From NCBI GenBank assembly GCA_963720465.1, contig OY970393.1:2144001-2208000 (forward strand): a stretch of 64,000 bases of DNA, written 5' to 3'. This document shows positions 1 to 11,044 of the stretch, in pieces. Every line of letters begins with the position of its first letter. Positions within the stretch are counted from its first letter, which is position 1. The notes under the pieces were generated by a model. That model did not search any database, was not told the DNA's origin, and worked only from the letters and a program-made list of their open reading frames with translations. The translations under genes and the position numbers were made by a program. The stretch is from Methanobacteriota archaeon. Its GTDB lineage: Archaea; Halobacteriota; Bog-38; Methanoflorentales; Methanoflorentaceae.

Positions 1-50
1 GTTCCAATCAGCATGATAAGTAAGCCTATATAGTTATTTTCCGTATAGAT

Positions 51-1280
51 GTGCGAAGTGATACGGTGAAAGCCATTGTCTTAGCTGCAGGCGAAGGAAC
101 GCGATTAAGGCCATTCACACTGACACAACCGAAAGCAATGGTACCGGTGGCTAACAGGCCCATTCTTGAATATGTGATCGATTCTCTTGCAGGTTGCGGC
201 GTCACTGACATCAGTTTGGTAGTCGGCTACAAGAAAGAAAAAGTAATGAACTACTTTGAGGGTGGCAAGAAATTCGGCGTTAAAATAAACTACGTCGAGC
301 AGCCACAGCAGCTCGGGACTGCTCACGCTATAAAGCTGGCCGAAGACTCAATAGAGGAAAACTTCCTAGTTCTAAATGGCGACAATCTCACCAGCCCGCA
401 AGCCATAGAAGAAGTTATGAGCAATGCATCCGGCGACGTGACGCTCCTTCTGACCGTGAAAGAAAACGTCAAGGGCTATGGAGTCGTCACGACTGAAGGC
501 AACCGCGTCACTCAAATAGTCGAAAAGCCCGGTACGGATATTAGCCATTATATCAATACGGGCATCTACGTTTTTGCTCCTGCTGCCTTCAATGAGATAC
601 CTTACACAAAGATATCTCCTAGGGGTGAATACGAGATAACGGATACTATCCAAAGGATGATCGAGAAGCAGTATGACGTCAAAGGCGTCCACACTACCTC
701 CATGTGGATCGATGCTAGTTACCCGTGGGATTTGCTTAACGCAAACGCGGCAGTGCTTGCTTCTATTAAAGAGGCTTCTGCCCGCGAAAACGGCCAAATC
801 GAAGACGATGCTAAAGTGAGGGGAAGCGTCATTGTCGGCGAAAACTCGATAATACGTTCTGGGTCTTATGTGCTCGGGCCGGTCGTCATAGGTAGAGACG
901 CTGAGATTGGGCCTAACGTGACTATACTCCCGTCGACGAGCATCGGAAATGGCGTTACCATCGACTCGTTTACCGAGGTGCGAAATTCTTTGGTTATGAA
1001 TGACGTGCGACTGGGCTCTCACTCTCTCGTCGCAAATTCTATCATTGGAAAAAATACAATGATCGGTTCCCATTTCATCACGGAGCAAACGAAACTTGCT
1101 ATGCCATTTCTTGATGGAGAACTGCATCACGTAATGAATTTAGGTGCGATAATCGGCGAGAATTGTCGTTTCGGGCACGGCATTCTCGTTGAAGCTGGAA
1201 AAATCATTGGTGTGCATTGCACCGTGGAATCTGCCACAACGATAAGAAAGAACGTCGACAACTACAGCAACATCGTTTGA
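51..1280 (+). CDS. glmU: Bifunctional sugar-1-phosphate nucleotidylyltransferase/acetyltransferase (GlmU-like)
   Basis: LAAGEGTRLRP nucleotidyltransferase motif, EKP, C-terminal hexapeptide repeats; start may be GTG 66. Confidence 0.85.
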   Translation: MRSDTVKAIVLAAGEGTRLRPFTLTQPKAMVPVANRPILEYVIDSLAGCGVTDISLVVGYKKEKVMNYFEGGKKFGVKINYVEQPQQLGTAHAIKLAEDSIEENFLVLNGDNLTSPQAIEEVMSNASGDVTLLLTVKENVKGYGVVTTEGNRVTQIVEKPGTDISHYINTGIYVFAPAAFNEIPYTKISPRGEYEITDTIQRMIEKQYDVKGVHTTSMWIDASYPWDLLNANAAVLASIKEASARENGQIEDDAKVRGSVIVGENSIIRSGSYVLGPVVIGRDAEIGPNVTILPSTSIGNGVTIDSFTEVRNSLVMNDVRLGSHSLVANSIIGKNTMIGSHFITEQTKLAMPFLDGELHHVMNLGAIIGENCRFGHGILVEAGKIIGVHCTVESATTIRKNVDNYSNIV

Positions 1281-1460
1281 GGTACGCTGCAGGCGCAGCT
1301 TACTAGCATGAAATGCGTGCGAAGCTTTCAACAGCAAAAGGCGCTTGCCCTTCGTCACACGTGGCAATGCGTCGAAAGTCCAGGCCAAGAAAGTGCAAAA
1401 GCTTGACGTTACGATCGATTTTAAAGAAGCTCATAAACTCGATGTTTTTTGATTTAATTG

Positions 1461-1480
1461 CCACAAAAGCTTTTATATAG
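1461..1480 (+). promoter_or_regulatory. BRE/TATA promoter of grpE-dnaK-dnaJ
   Basis: CCACAAAAGC-TTTTATATAG about 45 nt upstream of the GGAGGT RBS at 1517-1522. Confidence 0.6.
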
Positions 1481-1523
1481 AAGTGCAAACATACAAAAAA
1501 ATAGTCTTTTCTTAGAGGAGGTA

Positions 1524-2060
1524 TTGCTGATTCAACAAGATGACGATCAGGAGCTTGTCGAAGTAGAAATTCCCCCTGAGGAAGCAGCTCTTTTGGAAGA
1601 GCTTGACAACGTGAGAGAGGAGAACGAGGAATATCTTTCGCGCTTGCAAAGGCTTCAAGCTGACTTCGAGAACTTTAAGCGGCGCACTAAAATCCAAAGC
1701 AAGGATCTCGCTAAGTATGCGTCCACTGAACTGATCATGGAGTTACTTGATATCTCTGATAATCTCGAGCGAGCTGCTGAGGCACTGAGGGCTGAGGGAG
1801 TCCAAGGTGTCTACGAAGGAATCGAGTTGATACACAGGCAGCTATGTGATATTTTGAGTAGGAACGGAGTCACCAGGATAGAATCGGTTGGAGAGTTGTT
1901 TGACCCATACGTACACGAAGCGATCATGAGTGTAAGTGACACTGCACTCCCAGATAGCGTCATAGCAGAGGAGATTCAAAAGGGTTACAAGCTCTATGAC
2001 AAAGTGATTAGGCCCTCTAAAGTGAAGGTCAACAAAGGCACAAATAGGGTGGACCAATGA
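1524..2060 (+). CDS. grpE: Nucleotide exchange factor GrpE
   Basis: [37 protein letters not shown]; start moved downstream of the TATA box and RBS (exact codon uncertain). Confidence 0.95.
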   Translation: MLIQQDDDQELVEVEIPPEEAALLEELDNVREENEEYLSRLQRLQADFENFKRRTKIQSKDLAKYASTELIMELLDISDNLERAAEALRAEGVQGVYEGIELIHRQLCDILSRNGVTRIESVGELFDPYVHEAIMSVSDTALPDSVIAEEIQKGYKLYDKVIRPSKVKVNKGTNRVDQ

Positions 2061-3856
2061 GCAAAGCAATAGGCATAGATTTAGGGACGACTAATTCCGT
2101 CGTCGCAGTCATGGAAGGAGGGGAGCCAGTAGTAATTCCAAACGCAGAAGGAAATCGAACGACGCCTTCTGTCGTGGCATTCATAAAGAACGAACGCGTC
2201 GTGGGCGAGATTGCAAAACGGCAAGCGATCACTAATCCTGATCATACCATTTCGTCCATAAAGAGGAAGATGGGCTCCGACTACAAGGTCACCATCGAAG
2301 GCAAGACGTACACGCCGCAAGAAATCTCAGCAATGATCATACAGAAACTAAGGCAAGATGCTGAGAACTATCTCGGCGAGAAAGTGAACCAAGCAGTCGT
2401 TACGGTTCCAGCGTACTTCACTGATAGCCAACGGCAGGCTACCAAAGACGCGGGGACCATCGCAGGCCTCGAAGTTCTACGAATCATTAATGAGCCGACG
2501 GCGGCTTCTCTCGCATACGGCTTGGATAAGGGAGAGGAGCAAACGATTTTGGTTTTCGACCTTGGCGGCGGAACATTTGACGTATCAATACTCGACATAG
2601 GCGATGGCATATTCGAAGTAAAAGCCACCAGCGGAAATAACCTGCTCGGCGGCGACGACTTCGACCAAAGGATCATCGATTATCTGGCTGACCAGTTCAA
2701 AAAGGAACAAGGCATCGATCTAAGAAACGACAAGATGGCCTTGCAGAGACTCAAGGAAGCCGCAGAGAAGGCAAAGATAGAGCTGTCAACGCTCACCAGT
2801 TCAGTGGTAAACTTGCCGTTTATCACGGCCGATCAAAATGGCCCAAAACACTTGGACATCACCCTGACGCGGGCGCAATTTGACAAGCTGAGCGAGGATT
2901 TGATCGAAAAGACGATGGGTCCGACTAGGCAAGCCATGAAAGATGCCGGACTTAATCCCAATGATGTGGATCGTGTGCTACTCGTCGGCGGATCTACGCG
3001 CATTCCCGCGGTTCAAAACGCCATAAAGAAGTACTTAGGCAAAGATCCCGATCGCACTATCAACCCGGATGAGTGCGTCGCGATCGGGGCTGCGATACAA
3101 GCCGGCGTGCTTGTCGGCGAGGTAAAAGACGTTCTGCTACTCGACGTCACTCCCCTGTCGCTGGGAATTGAAACCCTCGGCGCGGTATTCACCAAACTAA
3201 TTGAAAAAAATACAACAATTCCGACAAAAAAATCTCAAGTGTTTTCAACTGCAGCTGATAACCAAACCTCCGTTGAGATTCATGTGCTTCAGGGCGAACG
3301 TGAAATGGTCGCTGGCAATAAGACGCTCGGACGATTTCAGTTGGTGGGAATCCTTCCAGCACCGCGAGGCGTCCCGCAAATCGAAGTTACTTTCGATATA
3401 GACGCCAATGGCATTGTGCACGTTTCGGCAAAGGATCTTGGAACAGGCAATGAGCAGAAGATCACCATCACGTCGACCAGTGGTCTGAGCAAAGAAGAGA
3501 TCAATCGGTTGGTGAAAGACGCAGAAACTCACGCTGACGAGGATCGAAAGAGAAAGGAAGAAGCCGAGATAAGAAACGGCGCGGATTCTATGGTCTATAC
3601 GGCGGAGAAAACGCTGAGAGAGATGGGGGAAAAGATCGACGAGTCGCGTAAGAGTAAAGTCACGGCCGAAATTGAAAAAGTGCGCGATGCGCTGAAAGGC
3701 GCAGATATTGATGCCATCAAGCAGGCAACAGAACAGCTAACGACCACAATCTATGAGATCTCGACTGAGCTCTATGCTAAAACCGCGGAAAAGGCTCAGG
3801 AGAAAGCCCCGGCCGGAGAGTCGGACTACGAGGTAGTCGACGAGGACGAGAAGTAG
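2057..3856 (+). CDS. dnaK: Chaperone DnaK (Hsp70)
   Basis: [32 protein letters not shown]. Confidence 0.99.
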   Translation: MSKAIGIDLGTTNSVVAVMEGGEPVVIPNAEGNRTTPSVVAFIKNERVVGEIAKRQAITNPDHTISSIKRKMGSDYKVTIEGKTYTPQEISAMIIQKLRQDAENYLGEKVNQAVVTVPAYFTDSQRQATKDAGTIAGLEVLRIINEPTAASLAYGLDKGEEQTILVFDLGGGTFDVSILDIGDGIFEVKATSGNNLLGGDDFDQRIIDYLADQFKKEQGIDLRNDKMALQRLKEAAEKAKIELSTLTSSVVNLPFITADQNGPKHLDITLTRAQFDKLSEDLIEKTMGPTRQAMKDAGLNPNDVDRVLLVGGSTRIPAVQNAIKKYLGKDPDRTINPDECVAIGAAIQAGVLVGEVKDVLLLDVTPLSLGIETLGAVFTKLIEKNTTIPTKKSQVFSTAADNQTSVEIHVLQGEREMVAGNKTLGRFQLVGILPAPRGVPQIEVTFDIDANGIVHVSAKDLGTGNEQKITITSTSGLSKEEINRLVKDAETHADEDRKRKEEAEIRNGADSMVYTAEKTLREMGEKIDESRKSKVTAEIEKVRDALKGADIDAIKQATEQLTTTIYEISTELYAKTAEKAQEKAPAGESDYEVVDEDEK

Positions 3857-3865
3857 TGCGCTAGC

Positions 3866-5029
3866 ATGCCCGTGAAACGTGATTACTACGAAGTGCTAGG
3901 AGTCGGTAAGACTGCCACCGAAGCTGAAATAAAAAAGGCTTATCGTAAACTTGCCCTAAAATACCATCCAGATGTCAGCCCTGACAAAAGCGAGGCAGAG
4001 GAGAAGTTCAAAGAGATCACTGAAGCGTATGAAATCCTCAGCAATCCAAGCAAGCGCGCAACCTATGATAGATTGGGGCAGTCTGGTTTCCAGCAAGGTG
4101 CGTCTGGTGCTGGCTTCAGCGATTTCGGCGGGTTTGGTAGCTTTTCCGATATTTTCGAAACATTTTTCGGAGGCGGGTTCGGGGAGAGTCCATTCCGAAC
4201 CCAAACGAGAGCGCGCCCGTCAGGTCCGCAAAGAGGTTCCGATGTCGCAGTTGACGTTCAGGTGTCATTTGAGGAGTCAATTTTTGGAACGGAAGTTAGT
4301 GTTGAAGTACCACGTTATGAACGCTGTGAACATTGTGCGGGAACAGGCGCTGAACCCGGCACCGACGTAAAAACGTGTCCGTCCTGCGGTGGCAGCGGTG
4401 AGATACAACGGGCTCAGAACATCTTCGGGGCCCAGCTTATCAGGATAGAAACGTGCCCTCAATGCCAAGGTGAGGGAAAGGTTTTTGAGACTGCGTGCAA
4501 GAGCTGTAGGAGCGCCGGAAGGCTACGAACAACTAAGATAGTGCCGATCAAGGTCCCTCCAGGAGCATATACGGGCTTGCATATCCGAAAACCTGGGGAT
4601 GGTTCGGCAGGCGCCCGGGGCGGGCCTTCAGGCGATTTGCTTGTCGTCGTGCGCGTGTTACCACATCCGATCTTCAAACGTGAGGGCGACGACATCCATA
4701 GCGATCTATCAATCAGCGTGTCAGCTGCGGCATTGGGCGGGCAAATTGAAGTGCCTTCGGTATACGGAGCGTTAAAAGTGGATATTCCCGAAGGAACGCA
4801 GGGCGGCACAACTATCCGCCTAAGAGACAAGGGAGCCCCCAGCGTTCACAGGCGTGGCCGCGGCGACCAGTACACGACATTGATCGTTGAAATTCCGAAG
4901 AATCTGACCGAAAGAGAAAAGGCGCTCTTTCGAGAACTAGCGTCTCTAAAGGGTGAGACCATAAAGCGAGCTAGTCGCAAGGCTAAGGTTTTTAGTACCG
5001 TCAAGGATGTCTTTGGCACTAACGACTGA
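3866..5029 (+). CDS. dnaJ: Chaperone DnaJ
   Basis: J-domain with HPD, G/F-rich region, four CxxCxGxG-type repeats. Confidence 0.98.
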   Translation: MPVKRDYYEVLGVGKTATEAEIKKAYRKLALKYHPDVSPDKSEAEEKFKEITEAYEILSNPSKRATYDRLGQSGFQQGASGAGFSDFGGFGSFSDIFETFFGGGFGESPFRTQTRARPSGPQRGSDVAVDVQVSFEESIFGTEVSVEVPRYERCEHCAGTGAEPGTDVKTCPSCGGSGEIQRAQNIFGAQLIRIETCPQCQGEGKVFETACKSCRSAGRLRTTKIVPIKVPPGAYTGLHIRKPGDGSAGARGGPSGDLLVVVRVLPHPIFKREGDDIHSDLSISVSAAALGGQIEVPSVYGALKVDIPEGTQGGTTIRLRDKGAPSVHRRGRGDQYTTLIVEIPKNLTEREKALFRELASLKGETIKRASRKAKVFSTVKDVFGTND

Positions 5030-5049
5030 AACCCGCCTCAAGGCATCGT

Positions 5050-5859
5050 TTGCGCATGTACCCCCTTTCACTAAACGAACCGGCGCTTGCTGAAATAACT
5101 CGGCAGCTTAAAAACTTTATACAAGGGAGCGTACGATCTGCCAGAGCTAAAGGAGCGGTCGTTGCATTGAGTGGGGGCGTGGACTCCTCTGTTGTAGCCG
5201 CGTTGGCGCATGACGTTGTGAACACTAAGGCGTTAATACTCCCCGAAACAGTCGTCACCCCGCCGCAAGATGTTCTCGACGCAACATCTATCGCAGAAGT
5301 GTATGGGCTGCCGTTCACAGTAATCGAAATCAACGACCTGATCGACTGCTTTAAAGAAGCGGCGCGTCTTATACTGCCTGTGCGCAAGAATAGTCAAATT
5401 TCGATCGCCGAAGCAAATTTGAAGCCCCGGATTAGAATGACGTTAAATTACGTCACGTCGAACGCAGACTTGCGACTAGTCTTAGGAACAGGAAATAAGA
5501 CAGAGCTGCTCATGGGCTACTTCACGAAGTACGGAGACGGCGGCGTTGACGCTTTGCCCATAGGCAACCTATATAAAACTCAAGTGTTTCAGCTGGCACG
5601 ATACGTGGGGATTCCTGATAGAATAATCTCGAAAGCCCCTTCTGCCGGACTTTGGTTAGGACAAACTGATGAGGAAGAACTCGGTCTCTCGTACGAACTC
5701 CTTGATCGGATCTTGTTAGAACTGATTGACAAGGAGAAAACCGTCAAGGAAACCGCCAAGCTGCTGGACGTGGAATCACAACGGGTTCAAGAAATCTCCG
5801 ATCAAGTGCATCGCGCTAAACACAAAAGGCACACCCCACTGCTTCCACCAATAATGTAG
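5050..5859 (+). CDS. nadE: NH3-dependent NAD+ synthetase
   Basis: LSGGVDSS, GTGNKTE, GYFTKYGDGG, PSAGLW. Confidence 0.96.
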   Translation: MRMYPLSLNEPALAEITRQLKNFIQGSVRSARAKGAVVALSGGVDSSVVAALAHDVVNTKALILPETVVTPPQDVLDATSIAEVYGLPFTVIEINDLIDCFKEAARLILPVRKNSQISIAEANLKPRIRMTLNYVTSNADLRLVLGTGNKTELLMGYFTKYGDGGVDALPIGNLYKTQVFQLARYVGIPDRIISKAPSAGLWLGQTDEEELGLSYELLDRILLELIDKEKTVKETAKLLDVESQRVQEISDQVHRAKHKRHTPLLPPIM

Positions 5860-5906
5860 GGCTGAGTTTTTAAGAGTTGTTACGCGTTCAAAGAAAAACA
5901 GCAGCG

Positions 5907-6887
5907 TTAGCGCGGGGAGATTTTTATATCGAGTACGACATGGTACTGGTGGGGAGCGTAGGACCTTACTTTCTTGAGGCAAGTTGCTTCGACCGTTCTA
6001 TCAAATCTTCCGACAGCTTCTTTAATTCTTTCAATCGTACGAGGAAACTCGTTTTCCGGCTTGACGTCGTAATAATGGACAAAGCCGCCACTCCCCCTAA
6101 GCATCGTTACTGCGTCGTACAGGAAATTAAAGGCGGAATGCGGTAAATTCATAATGACGCGGTCTGCTGCGCCTATAAATTTAGGGGCTAGGTCTTTTGC
6201 GTCGCCGGGGCACGCCTCGACGTTGTGCAACCTGTTCAGTTCGATGTTCTTCTTCAAGCAGCGAAAGGCCTTGGGATTCTTCTCAAAGGCAATTCCTTTT
6301 TTGACTTTCTTAGCTAGCAGTATCGTAAAAGGCCCGACGCCGGCGAACATGTCCACCACGGTTTCCCGTGACTGCGCCAACTCGGCTATCCGATGTCTTT
6401 CTGTTGCTAGCCGTGGGCTGAAATAGACGCTCGCAACATCCACTCGCAGTCTGGAGCCATATTCTTTGTGCACCGTTTCCGTCCGTCTTTCCCCAGCAAC
6501 GAAGACAAGGTCTTTGAGCCGATATTGACCACCGACGCCACTAACAGCTGCCAGCACAACTTTGATGTCTCTTCGTGTCTCCAGAAGCTCTGTCGCGGCG
6601 GCTAGAATGCCGTCGAACCAGTCAATTATGGCGATGTCTCCAATGACATCGTACCGGATTCCAAGCCTCTTGCGAAGCGGTCGCAGCCGGGGTTTCAAAA
6701 CACAGGGTTCAACATCATAGCGAAGCTCATCAGCTTCTCCTTTGAAAGGGATATAAAGTCGACCGCATCGTTCTTCTATCCCGTAGCTCTCATCTAACAG
6801 GTCAAGTTCCTTGAGCTGTTTCCTGACCCGCTCGCCTTCTCGCTTTGGTACACTAACGCACAATTTTTCTTTCGTCGACACAGGCAT
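5907..6887 (-). CDS. trm5: tRNA (guanine37-N1) methyltransferase Trm5 family
   Basis: YFSPRLATER, DMFAGVGPF, MNLP motifs; start trimmed to ATG 6887. Confidence 0.9.
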   Translation of the reverse strand: MPVSTKEKLCVSVPKREGERVRKQLKELDLLDESYGIEERCGRLYIPFKGEADELRYDVEPCVLKPRLRPLRKRLGIRYDVIGDIAIIDWFDGILAAATELLETRRDIKVVLAAVSGVGGQYRLKDLVFVAGERRTETVHKEYGSRLRVDVASVYFSPRLATERHRIAELAQSRETVVDMFAGVGPFTILLAKKVKKGIAFEKNPKAFRCLKKNIELNRLHNVEACPGDAKDLAPKFIGAADRVIMNLPHSAFNFLYDAVTMLRGSGGFVHYYDVKPENEFPRTIERIKEAVGRFDRTVEATCLKKVRSYAPHQYHVVLDIKISPR

Positions 6888-7050
6888 CCGCACGCTATAA
6901 GAATACGCGACGCTTATCTTCTTTTGGTCTCTAAAGTCTGACGCACGAGAGTCAAACACGAATTAAAGATTCCAATTTGCCGAGAGAAAAAGCTATTTCT
7001 TTAGACGCTAAGCTATTTGCCGAATTCTGCTCGCGAAATGAGGTGATGCG

Positions 7051-7827
7051 GTGCTGACCTTCGTTGGCTTAGGCTTGTACGACGAAGAAGACGTAACGGT
7101 GAAAGGACTAAAAGCGATCGAAAATGCTGATGTGATATATGCGGAGTTCTACAGCTCAAAGCTTCTAGGAACCACAATTGAGAAATTGGAAGAATTCTAT
7201 AAGTGCGAAATCCGTCTGCTGGACAGAAATGATGTTGAGCAGGTTCCTGACGAGACAATTTTGCGAGATGCCGAGTGCAAGAATGTCGCGTTCTTAACCG
7301 CGGGCGATGCGATGATCTCTACAACGCACGTCGATTTACGGATACGGGCGCACGACAGAGGGATCAGCACCCAAATTATTCACGGCACATCGATTGCTAC
7401 GGCGGTATGCGGATTAACTGGGCTACAAAACTACCGTTTTGGCAAGTCGGCAACTATTGCATTTCCTTACCGAAAGGTGTCTGACGTGCCCTACGACACG
7501 GTTATGGCAAACTTGAGAAGTGATCTTCACACGTTGCTCTTCTTGGATATACAGGAGGAGTTTATGAAGCTTGGCCACGGAATCGAACTGTTGCTTCATA
7601 GTGAACATGAGAAAGGGCGCAATCAGTTGGCATCTCTGCTAGCCGTGGGCATCGCGCGAGCGGGGTCGCGTTCACCGACGGTTAAAGCAGACGTGTTGGC
7701 GAGGCTCAAGGAGTACGATTTTGGGCCTCCCTTGCACGTCCTTGTCATACCCGCGTCACTTCACATCGTGGAAAAGCAGGCGCTTCAAACGTTTGCTGGT
7801 GCTCAAAATGTCCCAGATTGTGGATAA
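7051..7827 (+). CDS. dph5: Diphthine synthase
   Basis: FVGLGL, GDAMISTTH, GLQNYRFGKS, HTLLFLD. Confidence 0.96.
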   Translation: MLTFVGLGLYDEEDVTVKGLKAIENADVIYAEFYSSKLLGTTIEKLEEFYKCEIRLLDRNDVEQVPDETILRDAECKNVAFLTAGDAMISTTHVDLRIRAHDRGISTQIIHGTSIATAVCGLTGLQNYRFGKSATIAFPYRKVSDVPYDTVMANLRSDLHTLLFLDIQEEFMKLGHGIELLLHSEHEKGRNQLASLLAVGIARAGSRSPTVKADVLARLKEYDFGPPLHVLVIPASLHIVEKQALQTFAGAQNVPDCG

Positions 7828-8059
7828 AGTAGCGCTGTATGAAACGATGCTCCGCATTGCTCTGGAACGTGCAGACATTGTTTCAAATAAGAAATGTGCT
7901 GCCGATGTTTTGACCATGGCGCGGTCGTACTATAAGGATGGAGTCTATTTTCGGACGAGCGGCGATTTGGTCAATGCACTGGTCTGCTTTAGCTACGGCC
8001 ATGGGTGGCTTGACGCAGGTGTGCGTGTAGGGGCGCTTCAGGTCCAACAAAGAGAGTAG
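7808..8059 (+). CDS. DUF357 family protein
   Basis: MARSYYKDG...NAL..FSYGHGWLDAG signature; typical position after dph5. Confidence 0.85.
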   Translation: MSQIVDKVALYETMLRIALERADIVSNKKCAADVLTMARSYYKDGVYFRTSGDLVNALVCFSYGHGWLDAGVRVGALQVQQRE

Positions 8060-8146
8060 CCGTGGCTCTTCGGCTGAATTAGCGCTAGCATATTGATTAG
8101 GCCGCCTTTGCCAATATTAATTAACTTTGTTGACTTACACTGACGT

Positions 8147-8491
8147 ATGCCCAATTATTATGTCACGCTCGAGGCTGCGTGGTTGGTGAAGGACGTCAAA
8201 TCGGTAGATGATGCTATAGGCATAGCAATATCGGAGGCGGGCAAACGCTTAAACCCAAAACTGAGCAAGGTTGAAGTGGCGGTAGGGTCGATGTCGTGTC
8301 CTGCCTGCGGCGAAGTGTTCGACAGCGTCTACTTGGTGGCTAATACCGCTCTTGTCGGGCTAATACTCGAGATAAAAGTCGTAAATGCCGAAAATGAGTC
8401 GCACGCGGCAAAGATCGCAAAGGCGGTAATTGGTAAAGCGCTAGCTGACGTGCCGCTGAAAACAATTGATGTTGCCCTCAAGGAAGGTTAA
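8147..8491 (+). CDS. DUF555/UPF0212 family protein
   Basis: [32 protein letters not shown]. Confidence 0.85.
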   Translation: MPNYYVTLEAAWLVKDVKSVDDAIGIAISEAGKRLNPKLSKVEVAVGSMSCPACGEVFDSVYLVANTALVGLILEIKVVNAENESHAAKIAKAVIGKALADVPLKTIDVALKEG

Positions 8492-8526
8492 CTGCCACTT
8501 TTTCTCTTTCCCTAGTTGGAGTCTGA

Positions 8527-9192
8527 ATGCGTTTGATTGCTCTGATTTCTGGAGGCAAGGATTCTATCTGCGCGTTGACTTGCGCGTTGCGTGAACACGA
8601 AGTTGCGAAACTAGTCAACGTTCAAGCCGTAGAAGACTCGTTCCTGTATCACGTGCCGTGTTCACATCTCACTCGACTAATTTCGGAGGCCGTCGACATT
8701 CCGCTAGTGTCTGGCATATCGCTTTCGCACGAGGATGAATTGACAGTGCTGAAAACCCTCCTGCAAGACGCGGAAGCGGACGGCGTTGTAGCCGGCACGA
8801 TAGCGTCGAACTACCAAATGAGCCGACTGAAGAAACTATGCGTTCAGCTTGAATTGAAGTTGTATGCCCCCTTGTGGAACAAAGGCAGTGAACGCTTGTT
8901 ACGGGCAATGGCGGGCTCAATGGATATTATCGTTGTGCAGGTCGCCGCTTATGGAATGAATGAATCGTGGCTCGGCAGGAAACTCGATGAAGCGGCGGTC
9001 GATGATTTATCATTACTGCATAGAAAACACGGCGTGCACATTATGGGTGAGGGCGGCGAGTACGAAACACTTGTTCTGGACGCTCCTATCTTTAAGAGGC
9101 GCATTAAAGTACTGAATTATGACAAGAAGTGGTTTAGTGAGCAGTGGAGAGGGTGCCTGGAGATTCACGAGTTCAAACTCGAAGACAAATGA
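8527..9192 (+). CDS. dph6: Diphthine--ammonia ligase (Dph6 family)
   Basis: SGGKDS PP-loop, GEGGEYETLVLDAP. Confidence 0.88.
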   Translation: MRLIALISGGKDSICALTCALREHEVAKLVNVQAVEDSFLYHVPCSHLTRLISEAVDIPLVSGISLSHEDELTVLKTLLQDAEADGVVAGTIASNYQMSRLKKLCVQLELKLYAPLWNKGSERLLRAMAGSMDIIVVQVAAYGMNESWLGRKLDEAAVDDLSLLHRKHGVHIMGEGGEYETLVLDAPIFKRRIKVLNYDKKWFSEQWRGCLEIHEFKLEDK

Positions 9193-9208
9193 GAACGTGG
9201 CGGACTAA

Positions 9209-10999
9209 ATGAAGTTGAGGATATTCGGCCCCAAGGAGAAAGTCGTAAAGGGGATGGAGGAGAGCACTGCCGGATTGATGAAGTACGTGTTTGCGGCTCC
9301 GCGGTGGAAGAACTCTATTCTTGTCACCCTTGCTTTGTCGCTCGTGGTTGGCGCCGGTGTCTTCAATTTTGGATGGAGGGAAAATCTCCTCGCCGGCCTG
9401 ATTCTTATCGGCATCCCAGCTGTGCTTGCCGCTGCCTTTACTCACCCGTTGGCTCGGCTTCTGCAAGGCACTATGACCGTCAATCGCTCTGCTTTGTTAG
9501 CATTCGTAGGGGCAGTGATAATCAGTGTCTTTTGCGTTGTCGGTGCACTGATTTCATTTGCAATCGGGTGGCAGCTGACAATCTCAGCCTACGTCATGTC
9601 CTTGGGCGCCGTTTTTGCTTTCAGAATTCTGGTGCTGATGGCTATCACGCAGAAAAGCTTCGTTCGAAATTTAGTCCCTGCTTCGCTTCAAACGGTATTC
9701 GGAGCGCTTTTTTTGCTGCTGTTCGGAGCGACAGGCTACGTCGTGAACTTGGTAACGATCAGTGTCGTGTTCACGCTTGGCGCGTTGGTCATCATCAGGT
9801 ACGTCGATGCGCCGTTGAGAAAATCTTTTGGCGTAAGCGGCATGGATTTCATTCGTAGCTACATTGCGCAGACAGTAGAAGGCGCCCCCGGCATGGAGGA
9901 CTTCTTCAAAAAGATAGGCGAAGCCGTTGAAGTCCCCGTCACCACGCTGTCTTTCAGAACGAACGAGCGCTTGAAAGCGACGTTTGTCGTGCCGGCTGTT
10001 CATCCTGGTCCCGTCGGCGAGATTGGTGGCGGAAACCTTCCCGTAAGAATTGTAAACAACCTCGACGGCGGAGAGATTTTTGTGCCTCATGGGACTGCAA
10101 CGCACGATTTCAACTTGGTTTCGGCGACAGAATCACTGAAAATAGTTGAAGCTGCGGCGCGAGCAGTGGAAAACACCCAATATACTACGGACGCGTCAAA
10201 ATCAATTAGAGTGCAGAAAGGGGCCATTAAGCTTCTTGCACAGAGATTTGGCAACTCCGTTTTGTTCGTCTCGACTTTGTCGCCAGAGTCAACAGAGGAT
10301 ATCGAGTATGGGCTTGGTCTCGTCGCAAGCGCTGAAGCGAGAACACAAGGCGCGCAGGATGCGGCGCTCATCGATGCGCATAACTGCACGGCTCCTTATG
10401 CATCATCAATGTGGGCGGGCACGAAGAACTCGTTCGACCTGATTGATGCGATCAGAGAAGCATCCTCAAGACTGATGCAATCAGAACCGCTAAAAAGCGA
10501 CATCAAGCTTGGAATAGCAAGTCGGGGGCCTATTTTTAGGCGAGACGAAGGTATGGGTGATCTCGGCATTCAGGTGGCATTGGTTGAAGTTGCTGGCCAG
10601 CGCACGGCTTACGTGCTCGTCGATGCCAACAACATGGTGCCTAACTTGCGCGAAATCATCGTCAGCGCCCTAAAAGTCGATGAGGCAGAAGTCATGACTA
10701 CTGACAACCACGTCGTGAACTCCTACAGCGGCGTCAATCTGTTGGGTTTTAAAGCCGATAACGGCGTCCTATTGAAGGTGATAATCGAACTGGTTGATGA
10801 GGCACAGGCCAATCTTGAACCGGTGCGTGCCGGGATGAACACTCAGCAAGCTAACGGAGTATCGGTCTTTGGCTCGCAAAAGACCGCACAACTTGCGAGT
10901 ACCGTAAATGCTATTATGGCGATGGGCGGCGCTCTGGGAATATCTGTGATAATAGCAGCTTTTGCCATCTCTTTGCTGCTTGTAATTTTCAATAGATAA
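9209..10999 (+). CDS. DUF2070 family membrane protein
   Basis: N-terminal TM helices; HPGP.G..GG, HG..THD.N, DAHN, TTDNH motifs. Confidence 0.85.
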   Translation: MKLRIFGPKEKVVKGMEESTAGLMKYVFAAPRWKNSILVTLALSLVVGAGVFNFGWRENLLAGLILIGIPAVLAAAFTHPLARLLQGTMTVNRSALLAFVGAVIISVFCVVGALISFAIGWQLTISAYVMSLGAVFAFRILVLMAITQKSFVRNLVPASLQTVFGALFLLLFGATGYVVNLVTISVVFTLGALVIIRYVDAPLRKSFGVSGMDFIRSYIAQTVEGAPGMEDFFKKIGEAVEVPVTTLSFRTNERLKATFVVPAVHPGPVGEIGGGNLPVRIVNNLDGGEIFVPHGTATHDFNLVSATESLKIVEAAARAVENTQYTTDASKSIRVQKGAIKLLAQRFGNSVLFVSTLSPESTEDIEYGLGLVASAEARTQGAQDAALIDAHNCTAPYASSMWAGTKNSFDLIDAIREASSRLMQSEPLKSDIKLGIASRGPIFRRDEGMGDLGIQVALVEVAGQRTAYVLVDANNMVPNLREIIVSALKVDEAEVMTTDNHVVNSYSGVNLLGFKADNGVLLKVIIELVDEAQANLEPVRAGMNTQQANGVSVFGSQKTAQLASTVNAIMAMGGALGISVIIAAFAISLLLVIFNR

Positions 11000-11044
11000 G
11001 CGGCCACAGCGTGCTTCTCTTGCGTCGAAGCCGCCGGAGATCGG

